DNA from: Podarcis erhardii
Lineage: Eukaryota
Length of the DNA: 64,000 nucleotides
NCBI GenBank assembly: GCA_964252035.1
Contig: OZ176200.1
Strand: one strand, 5' to 3'
Numbering within the stretch: position 1 is the first letter of the stretch; each line of letters starts with the position of its first letter. The notes beneath the pieces were generated by a model. It did not search any database, had not been told where the DNA came from, and worked only from the letters and a program-made list of their open reading frames with translations. Positions 1 to 10,300 of this stretch are shown here, piece by piece. A program made the position numbers and the translations under genes.

Positions 1-2430
1 CAAAAAAACAGATTAATCCTGAACAACAAAATAACACAACAAGAGATTGAACAAGCTATTCAGAACATGCAACTGGGCAAATCTCCAGGGCCAGACGGTT
101 TGACCTCCAAGTATTACAAGACATTAAAAGACTATCTGACTCAACCAATGATGGAGGTCTGTAATGAAATTATGGAAGGGAAGAAGGCGCCGGAATCGTG
201 GAAGGAAGCCTTTATCACATTGATACCAAAATCTGAAGCTGAAAAGACACAACTCAAAAACTATCGTCCCATCTCCCTTTTGAATGTGGATTACAAAATA
301 TTTGCAGACATTTTGGCAAGTAGATTCAAAAGAGTGCTTAATGAAGTAATTCATAAAGACCAGGCAGGCTTTCTCCCAGGTAGACATATGTTTGCAAATA
401 CTAGGAACATTATTGACGTTTTGGAACTTTTGCAAACAGACATAAATACAAAAGCAGTGTTAATTTTCATAGATGCGGAGAAGGCCTTTGACAATATTTC
501 TTGGAAATTTATGAAGGGAAATTTGAATGAAATGGGAGTGGGACGGGGGTTTGAGAATGGGATTGACGCAATATATTCAGAACAAAAGGCCAAACTGATA
601 GTTAACAATGTGGTTACAGAAGAGTTCAAAATTGAAAAAGGAACACGACAAGGCTGCCCGATTTCCCCTTTGTTATTTATTTCGGTTCTGGAGGTGCTCT
701 TGAACTTGATCAGAGGGGACCGGTTGGTGGAAGGGATTCAGGTCGGAGCGAAACAATATAAATTGAAAGCTTTTGCAGATGACCTAGTTTTGACCCTGCA
801 GGAGCCAGAGTCTAGTACGAAAAGAGTATTACAATTGATACAGGATTTTGGTCGGGTGGCGGGATTTAAATTAAACAAACAGAAAACTAAAGTGTTGGGG
901 AAAAATTTGACAGATATAGAGTCGGAACGGTTTCAGAGAGAAACAGAACTAACTATGGTTAAAAAAGTAAAATACCTAGGGGTAAACATAACAGTAAAAA
1001 ACCTGAGCCTATTTAAGGATAATTATGAAAAATGTTGGTCTGAAATTAAGAGAGACTTGGATAGTTGGACAAAATTGAAGCTTTCTTTGTTAGGCCGAAT
1101 TGCTGCTATTAAGATGAATGTATTGCCAAAAATGTTGTTTTTGTTTCAAACATTACAGATTGTGGACAAAACGGAGTGCTTCCGGAAGTGGCAGAAAGAT
1201 ATATCTAAATTTGTCTGGCAGGGCAAAAAGCCCAGAATTAAGTTTAAGATATTAACAGATGCGAAAGAAAGAGGTGGCTTTGCCCTGCCAGACTTAAAGT
1301 TGTACTATGAAGCCGCAGCTTTCTGCTGGCTAAAAGATTGGCTACTTCTCGAAGACACTGACGTGCTGGATTTGGAAGGTTTTAACAATGCTTTTGGTTG
1401 GCATGCATACTTATGGTATGACAAAGTTAAGATCAATAAGGCCTTTAAGAACCATATTGTCAGGAAAGCACTGTTCAATGTCTGGACGAAATATAAAGAC
1501 TTATTGGAAAACAAAACTCCAAGGTGGCTCTCACCTCTGGAGGCTAAGGCCCGAAAAAGACCCAATATGGAGGCCAAATGGCCAAAATATTGGGAATTAT
1601 TAGAAAAAGATGGAGACAATTGGAAATTGCAGAGTTTGGAGAAAATGAAGGATAAGGTGCGAGACTGGTTACATTATGCTCAGATTAAAGAAGTTTTTAA
1701 AAATGACAAAAAGTTAGGGTTCCAGGTGGAGAAATCGAAGTTAGAAACAGAATTGTTAGAACCCAAAACCAAGGTACTATCTAGAATGTATAACTTGCTG
1801 CTAAAATGGAACACACAAGACGAAATGGTTAAATCGGCTATGATAAAATGGGCACAGGATATTGGGCATAACATTATGTTTGAGGACTGGGAAAGGTTGT
1901 GGACCACTGGGTTGAACTTCACTGCATGTAATGCTCTGAAGGAAAATGTTATGAAAATGATATATAGATGGTACATGACCCCAGTTAAACTTGCCAAAAT
2001 ATACCATTCGCCTGACAATAAATGTTGGAAATGTAAAGAAAATGAAGGAACATTCTTCCACCTCTGGTGGACATGCCCTAAGGTGAAGGCCTTCTGGGAA
2101 ATGATATACAATGAGCTGAAAAAGGTATTTAAGTATACCTTCACTAAGAAACCAGAGGCCTTCCTTCTGGGTATTGTCGGCCAGAAGGTGTTAAAGAAGG
2201 ATCGAACATTTTTCATGTATGCAACAACGGCAGCAAGGATTCTCATCGCAAAAAATTGGAAAACTCAAGATTTACCCACACTGGAAGAGTGGCAGATGCA
2301 GCTGATGGACTATATGCAACTGGCCGAGATGACTGGCAGAATCCGAGATCTGGGAGAAGAAAAGATGGAGGAAGACTGGGAGAAATTCAAGATGTATCTA
2401 CAAAAACATTGTAATTTGTTTGAATGTTAA
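1..2430 (+). CDS. L1 ORF2 protein (reverse transcriptase plus CCHC zinc knuckle), 5'-partial
   Basis: Motifs KSPGPDG, YRPISLLNVDYKIF, DQAGF, DAEKAFD, GTRQGCPISPLLF, FADD, YLG and CWKC...HLWWTC. No stop or frameshift in 809 codons; the frame is also open upstream of the Met called at 67. Confidence 0.93.
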   Translation, partial: QKNRLILNNKITQQEIEQAIQNMQLGKSPGPDGLTSKYYKTLKDYLTQPMMEVCNEIMEGKKAPESWKEAFITLIPKSEAEKTQLKNYRPISLLNVDYKIFADILASRFKRVLNEVIHKDQAGFLPGRHMFANTRNIIDVLELLQTDINTKAVLIFIDAEKAFDNISWKFMKGNLNEMGVGRGFENGIDAIYSEQKAKLIVNNVVTEEFKIEKGTRQGCPISPLLFISVLEVLLNLIRGDRLVEGIQVGAKQYKLKAFADDLVLTLQEPESSTKRVLQLIQDFGRVAGFKLNKQKTKVLGKNLTDIESERFQRETELTMVKKVKYLGVNITVKNLSLFKDNYEKCWSEIKRDLDSWTKLKLSLLGRIAAIKMNVLPKMLFLFQTLQIVDKTECFRKWQKDISKFVWQGKKPRIKFKILTDAKERGGFALPDLKLYYEAAAFCWLKDWLLLEDTDVLDLEGFNNAFGWHAYLWYDKVKINKAFKNHIVRKALFNVWTKYKDLLENKTPRWLSPLEAKARKRPNMEAKWPKYWELLEKDGDNWKLQSLEKMKDKVRDWLHYAQIKEVFKNDKKLGFQVEKSKLETELLEPKTKVLSRMYNLLLKWNTQDEMVKSAMIKWAQDIGHNIMFEDWERLWTTGLNFTACNALKENVMKMIYRWYMTPVKLAKIYHSPDNKCWKCKENEGTFFHLWWTCPKVKAFWEMIYNELKKVFKYTFTKKPEAFLLGIVGQKVLKKDRTFFMYATTAARILIAKNWKTQDLPTLEEWQMQLMDYMQLAEMTGRIRDLGEEKMEEDWEKFKMYLQKHCNLFEC

Positions 2431-2741
2431 GAAGGATGCTAGATTATAAAAAACTGGCCACCACTAAACTAGATTTAAATTTGATGATAAGTGAGACTAA
2501 AGAAAATATAAAAATTTTATTGGAAAAAGTGTTAAATCATATTGGAATGTGTGGACATGAGATTGTAAACAAGTTGATAATTTGTTCGGAAAAATTTTTT
2601 TTAATGATGTAAATGGGAGAGGGGGACGTGAGGGAGTCCAAAGAAGTGAAGAATTTGTTGTTATAAAAGTAAGATTGTTTTATGTGTGCATTTATATTTT
2701 AAAAAAAAACCTTAATAAATATTTATAAAAAAAAAAAAAAA
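1..2741 (+). mobile_element. L1-clade non-LTR retrotransposon, 3' part (ORF2 RT and C-terminal region, 3'UTR, poly(A)); 5' end outside the window; lies in a TTN intron in sense orientation
   Basis: Frame is open from base 1 to TAA at 2428-2430, followed by a 3'UTR, AATAAA at 2714-2719 and A15 at 2727-2741. Confidence 0.93.
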
Positions 2742-2854
2742 GATACTGTTGTATGAGGAACTCAAGAGTAGCCCTTCTAGACTTGTGGGACTAGTTGCAT
2801 AGTTCTTCTGATTCTGGCCATCTGTTATATTGTGCAAATCATTGTGTTTTGCAG

Positions 2855-5800
2855 AAAAACCAAGTCCTCCCATTAACCTTGACCATTCTGACCAAACTAT
2901 GTCATCTGTGAAACTTACATGGGAACCTCCTTTGAAAGATGGAGGCAGCCCAGTACTGGGCTACATTATTGAAAGGCGCGAAGAGGACACAGACAACTGG
3001 ATCCGTTGCAATGCAAAACTTGTGCCTAGTCTTAATTATAAGGTAGCATATTCTTTTCCGAAGTAAAATGCCTATTAAGATTTTTTTTAAAAAAAATAAA
3101 AAATAGTGATTATTAATTATGACATTTTCCTCTGTCTTCATAGGTAACTGGGTTGAAACCTCTAGCCAGGTATTATTACAGAGTATCTGCAGAAAATGCT
3201 GCTGGTGTGTCAGATCCTGCTGAAGCTATTGGACCACTGACTGCTGATGATCCTCATAGTAAGTTGAATTCTAGTTTCTTGCCATAGTCAACAGCTTGAA
3301 AGGAAAGGCTGTGTTCATCTGAGACTATTCATGCTTGTTCATAAAAGCAATACTTTAATATTGTTCTCATACATTGGATACCAAAACCAGCCCCCCTCTC
3401 AGCAGTAAAATTCTAAAACAGGAGTGGGGAGACCATGTGGCCCTCTTGATGTTGTTGGACCCCAGTTCCAGCCAGTATGGCCAAAGGCCAGGGATTATTA
3501 GAGTTGAAGTCAAACAACTTCTAGAGGGCCACAGGGTCTCTAGGCCTCATCTAAGCTATACTAAAATGGAGGGAAACCCTTAACATTCACTAGGTAGCAC
3601 TGTTTTACATTTACAATTTGTCCTCTAAGGTTGCATTGCTAAACAAGTCAGAATTTTTTAAATTTTAAAAATTGTATTAAATTGAACATTTAGGTGTCTT
3701 TAAATTGGAGCAAGCTTTTTTATTGCCTTCCTATATTGCTAATTTCATCAGATTATGAAACAGTTTTATGATGGGTTCTCAATAGATAGAACGCCATGTG
3801 AAGGCATCTATAATAATGCTTTCCATTCAAACAGATTCCAAAGGCAATTGCCCTTTAATGGTGTTGTGGAGAAAAAAAGAAAGTTTATAACTTTAATGGG
3901 CATAATTTGTGTTTGTATTTCAGCTGGACCTACAATGGACTTAAGCGGATTTAAAGATGGACTGGAGGTTATTGTTCCAGATCCCGTCAAAATACGTGTT
4001 CCTATTACTGGCTATCCAGTCCCAACTGCCACATGGTCTGTCGGCGACAAAGTTTTAGAACAGGGTGACCGGGTGAAAATTGACACGTCTGCAGCCTTTG
4101 CAGAGCTTGTTATTACCCCAAGTGAACGGCCAGACAAAGGCATCTATACCTTGAAATTAGAAAACCCTGTGTCATCTGTATCAGGAGAAATCAATGTTAA
4201 TGTCATTGGTGAGCAATCCAGTATATATTCTGAAGAATTGTATATAACCTGTTTTGTAAATAACCATGTGTGTAAAATCCAAAATTTTCAACAAGCCAAA
4301 TTTGTTATTAATAGCACCATAGGAGCCAACTCCTAGGGCCCAAGGTCTCTTCACCCCCCCCCAAAAAAAAAAAATCTGAGGGGGATGGTCCTTCCCAAAG
4401 TTGATGGACGTGTGTTCGATTGTGTGGGGCAGGGCTTATCTGGGCCTCCCCAATATTTTATTCAAGTTGGCACCCCTGAATAGTACTAAACAACAGCAGC
4501 ATGTTTATTTATTAAATTTATGTGCTGCTTTTCCTCCCAAGAGAGCCTAGGTTGGCAACTTCTATTGTACCATTTTGTTATGAAACCCTATAATACAAAG
4601 GAGATCATAAACTTAGCTATTAACAGTTAACAGTCTGTCCTAAGAATGCTTACTCAGAAGTAAGAATCCTTCTTTCTTTTTTAAAAAAAACAAAGCATGA
4701 ATTAAAATCTAGTAGGTGTAACCAAACAGCCAAAGTCTTCCATCAAAGAAAGAATAAGTAATATATATATAATAATTGGTTTATAATATGATGGGTATTT
4801 ATTTTTAGCTCGCCCAAGCGCACCAAGAGAACTACAAATTGGAGAGATAACTAGGAACTCAGTCCAATTAAATTGGGAAGCTCCTGAAGATGATGGAGGA
4901 AGCCCATTGACTGGCTATCTTATTGAAAAGCGTGAAGTGAGCCGCAAAACATGGGTCAAGGTATGCAGTTTCTTTAAAAAACCAAAACACCTATATTTCT
5001 AATACATATTGCTGAAGATGGTATGAAATATTCTGGTGCTTGCTATGGGAAAAAAAGTTCTGTTATTACTTGGAACCTCTCTTGTTTTTAGGTGATCGAC
5101 AACGTCCTTGACCAAGAGTTCACTGTACCAGATCTGGTTCAAGGAAAAGAATATTTGTTCAGGGTCTCAGCATGTAACAAATGTGGACCAGGAGAGCCTG
5201 CTTACATTGATGAGCCTGTCAACATGTCAGCACCTGCTAGTGAGTTTTCTTAATTAACTATTCCTATTGATTTTGTATATCTGCATTTTACATAGTAACT
5301 TGTGCTATGCAACATAAGTATTGAAAGAAAGCAAGGAGCAGAGTTTGAATCAATAAGGGTTTGGTATGACTTACCTGTTGTATTAGAAAAACTGAGGCTT
5401 GGATCCAAAGATGCATAATTGGAACTATGTGCAAAAAAAAATATCCACACACACCCTCTTCTGCACTGCAGCCCTCAGTACCCACTGAAGAGCTGCTACT
5501 TAGTATTAAAATAAAAGGTAAAGGGACCCCTGACCATTAGGTCCAGTCGTGACTGACTCTGGGGTTGTGGCGCTCATCTTGCTTTATTGGCCGAGGGAGC
5601 CGTCATACAGCTTCTGGGTCATGTGACCAGCATGACTAAGCCGCTTCTGGTGAACCAGAGCAGCGCACAGAAACGCCGTTTACCTTCCTGCTGGAGTGGT
5701 ACCTATTTATCTACTTGCACTTTGATGTGCTTTTGAACTGCTAGGTTGGCAGGAGCTGAGACCGAGCAACGGGAGCTCACCCCGTCGCGGGGATTTGAAC

Positions 5801-8800
5801 CACCAACCTTCTGAACGGCAAGACCTAGGCTCTGTGGTTTAACCCACAGTGCCACCTGCGTCCCTTGCTTAGTATTAGTGGACCCTCATTTGACAGAAAG
5901 CAGGGAGCTACCTTGCCCAAATGGGTCTTTCCTGTTGTGCAGGGTACTTGTTGGATACCAACCAATGTGAGAAGAGCACCCCAGAGACAGTAAAGAATCA
6001 AAAAAACTAAGACCCACTATAAGGCACACACTATATGCAAGACAATTATACATGTTCTTTCCTCCCCACTCCTTGCAGCGGTGCCTGATCCACCAGAGAA
6101 TGTGAAATGGAGGGATCCAACATCAAAGTCCATTTTCCTCACATGGGATCCACCTAAGTATGATGGCGGTTCTCGTATCAAAGGCTACCTGGTTGAAAAA
6201 TGCCAGCGTGGCACTGACAAATGGGAGCCCTGTGGTGAGCCAGTCATTGAAACAAAGTAAGAGCTTGCAGTATGAAGAAAAATGTTTTGCAAAATTGGAT
6301 GGTTACATTTAAACACGCAGTACGCTGAACTTGTTTTCTGATTAACAGAATGGAAGTAACAAAACTTAAGGAAGGAGAATGGTATGCTTATCGCGTGAAG
6401 GCTTTGAACAGGCAAGGGGCAAGTAAACCAAGCAAGCCAACAGATGAAATCCAGGCTGTGGATGCAATGGGTAATTTTTGATTTCCCACTCATACTTAAT
6501 CTATACTCTTGAAAACACTGGTGAATGTGTTTCTGCTGTTAACGCTTCTGTGCACAGTTGCATGTTCTTTTTTAACAATATGTCGATTCTTCTCTCAAAT
6601 CAGAGGCACCTGAGATTTTCCTAGATGTGAAACTGCTTGCTGGAATCACTGTCAAAGCTGGAACTAAGATAGAGCTGCCAGCAAGGGTAAATGGAAAGCC
6701 CGAGCCACGGATTAGCTGGGCAAAAGCTGAACAGACCCTGAGACCCGATAAAAGAATAACCATTGAATCCAAACCTAACCATTCCACAGTCATAATAACA
6801 GAGAGCAAGAGAAGTGATAGCGGCACCTATATTATTGAAGCCGTAAATGCCAGCGGTCGGGCAACAGCTACAGTTGAAGTTAATGTCCTAGGTATGTTTT
6901 GTTTCCATAGAAATAACTTTAAATGTTTTCCTAACAAAATATTTGAATAGAAGAGGTTCAAACTACTGTTATGCTTCCACAGATAAGCCTGGCCCACCAG
7001 CTGCATTTGATATCTCCGACATTACAAACGTATCTTGTGCTTTGACTTGGAATCCTCCTAGAGACGACGGCGGCTCCAGAATCACGAACTACGTTCTGGA
7101 ACAAAGAGCTGCAGACAGTGAAGTGTGGCACAAACTATCATCCACTATCAAAGAAACAAAATTCAAAGTAACAAACCTAACACCACTTAAGGAGTACATC
7201 TTCAGAGTCAGCGCAGAAAACATGTACGGAGTTGGAGAACCAGCTCAGTCCGTTCCTATCGTTGCTAAATATCCATTTGGTAAGTCTATTCGCTTGACAG
7301 AAAGGGCTGCTTGTCACAAGATGGCTGCCAAGGGAGCCTGCTAGAAACTATAATGTGGTAGCCACTCCACATGGCATGGCATTGATAGGTACCACTTCTC
7401 CATGTGGGTCAGTCCCCACCATAATGTTTGTCTCCACACTATCATTGGTGACATGGAGATAAGCCTGTGGGTAAGGGTCAGTATTTATGGCAAGCTGGTA
7501 CACATAAACTGCTTGTCATGTGAAACCAGCAGCAGCCACAAAGAGACAGTTTCAAGCAGCCTCTACATGGCAACTGTACGTTTCCGAGCACAATTCAAAG
7601 TGTTGGTGCTGACCTTTAAAGCCCTAAACGGCCTCGGTCCAGTATATCTGAAGGAGCATCTCCACCCCCCATCATTCTACCTGGACACTGAGGTCCAGCA
7701 CCAAAGGCCTTCTGGCAGTTCCCTCACTGCGAGAAGCCAAGTTACAGGGAACCAGGCAGAGGGCCTTCTCGGTAGTGGCGCCCACCCTGTGGAACGCCCT
7801 CCCACCAGATGTCAAAGAGAACAACAACTACCAGACTTTTAGAAGACATCTGAAGGCAGCGCTGTTTAGGGAAGCTTTTAGTGTTTGATGTATTGCAGTA
7901 TTTTAATATTTTTTTGGAAGCGCCCAGAGTGGCTAGGGAAGCCCAGCCAGATGGGTGGGGTATAAATAATAAATTATTATTATTAATTTGATGAAATGGC
8001 ATTTATTGCTACAGGTGCTTCCTATTACATTTGCACACAAGGAATTGCAAGTATGTCATTGTTCCCCTTTCTACTTCTTTGTACAGATCCGCCAGGTCCT
8101 CCGACACGAGTTCAGCCTGTTGAGATCACTAAAGATTCTGTAACCTTGACTTGGGTAGAACCAGATGAAGATGGTGGCAGCCCTATCACTGGTTATTGGG
8201 TTGAACGGTTGGACCCTGATCAAGATAAATGGGTCCGTTGCAATAAAATCCCAGTTAAAGATACAACATTCAAGTAAGATCATTATATGTTTCGTTTTAA
8301 AAAATATATAGCTAGGTAACTGAGAAGATTGCTATTTGTTTTTAGGTCAACAGCTGACTTTTATATACTCTTGAACTTGACTCCTTGTCATGCATTAGAA
8401 TAAAATATTAACTGGTGCTCTGTAATAGCATCGAATAATTGTATTGCTGTCTATACTTTGGGTCTACAATAACCATTGAAAATATCCTTACCTAAATCAT
8501 GTTCATAACCATCCACCAGTGCCACTGAATAGGACAACTGTACTATGGGTGTTATCAGTAGCACCAATTTCTGCTATGGAAACAGTAGTGGGATTGTGAC
8601 TTCTGATGTGATTCTACATCACTGCAGCTGCTCATAAGATTAGTGCAGATATCAGAACTTCTTAGAGATGAATATAGTTTTGTGCTTTTTGAACTCCCAG
8701 TACAGTCGTACCTTGGAAGTCAAACGGAATCCATTCCGGAAGTCTGTTCAACTTCTAAAACTTTCTGAAACCAACGTGCAGCTTCTGATTGGCTTCAGGA

Positions 8801-10249
8801 AGCTCCTGCAGCCAACTGGAAGCCACGGAAGCCCTGTCAGACGTTCGGGTTCCAAAAAATGTCCTCAAACCGGAACACTCACTTCCGGGTTTGCGGCGTT
8901 TGGGACCCAAAACATCCGAGTACCAAGGCATTCAAGATCCAAGGTACAACTGTAATATGAAGTAATAATACAAGCCAGGGATATTTATTACACCCAAGCA
9001 TTATTCATCCTTAGAGTTTTAAGTAGTACCAATATATATCATCTACTAATGAATAGTACAGAAATGCAGATTATATTACATCTGACCAGTGTCTGAGACT
9101 TTCTAGTGATACACTAATAGGAAGGTCCTTCCTCCATGTACACAGGGAGTCTCTGGTTTGGGGTGATAGTATATATTTGCTCTGAACAGTTCAAAGGTAT
9201 TGGTTTTTTTAATGCACGAGGTACACTTGTGATGATGCAGAGTATTTAATTATAATGTTAACTAGTAATCAGTATTACAAATTTTACATTTGGAGCATTA
9301 TCATCATTCCTATTAGGGTTAAAGGTCTCACGTTCCATAAGAAGTACAAGTTCCGTGTCGTGGCAGAGAATCTTGCTGGGCCAGGAAAGCCAAGCAGAGC
9401 AACAGAGCCAGTCTTAGTGAAGGATCCTATTGGTATGAAAGCATTTTTCTTAGATGAATTCTATAACTTACTCCAAGTCATAATGCTGGGTTTTCTAAAC
9501 CAAGTTATCAATTCATGTCTAGATCCCCCATGGCCACCCGGCAAGCCAGTTGTCAAAGACGTTGCCAAGACCTCGTGTTTCTTGAACTGGACGAAGCCAG
9601 AACACGACGGCGGTGCCAAGATTGAATCGTATGTCATTGAATTGTTAAAGACTGGCACAGACGAGTGGGTAAGAGTGGCTGAAGGCATCCCCACACCAGA
9701 ACACTTCCTCAAAGGGCTTATGGAGAAACAAGAATATTCCTTCCGAGTCAGAGCTGTCAACAAAGCTGGAGAGAGTGAGCCTAGCGAGCCCAGCGATCCC
9801 GTGCTATGCAAGGAGAGACTGAGTAAGTTGGCCATTGCATTCTGCAGGAGAGCTTCTCCTGAGAGCCAGTGTGGTGTAGTGGTTAAGAGCGGTGGACTCG
9901 TAATCTGGTGAACCAGGTTCGCGTCTCCGCTCCTCCACATGCAGCTGCTGGGTGACCTTGGGCTAGTCACACTTCTCTGAAGGTTCTCAGCCCCACTCAC
10001 CTCACAGAGTCTTTGTTGTGGGGGAGGAAGGGAAAGGAGAATGTTAGCCGCTTTGAGACTCCTTCGGGTAGTGATAAAGCGGGATATCAAATCCAAACTC
10101 CTCTTCTTCTTCTTCAAGTCCCAAAAGTAGCAGAAGCCTGCTCCACAGTAACTTGGAGTGGGGCTTTCAGCGGGGCTGCCACTGTCTGTACTTGCAAAAG
10201 ACAATTGAATATATTTTCGTTTCATCCTCAGTTGTATTTTTTGTATTGT

Positions 10250-10300
<51 letters not shown>

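Noticed and set aside
2424-2612. 62-aa ORF overlapping the L1 ORF2 stop codon
   Set aside because: Short, lies in an AT-rich 3'UTR, has no recognisable motif, and is compatible with chance.
2615-2636. G-rich tract in the L1 3'UTR as a possible G-quadruplex
   Set aside because: Only three runs of three or more G; not a canonical G4.
5780-9930. tRNA-like A and B boxes at about 5790-5860 and 9872-9928 (also about 31120-31195)
   Set aside because: SINE heads, not tRNA genes; no complete cloverleaf.
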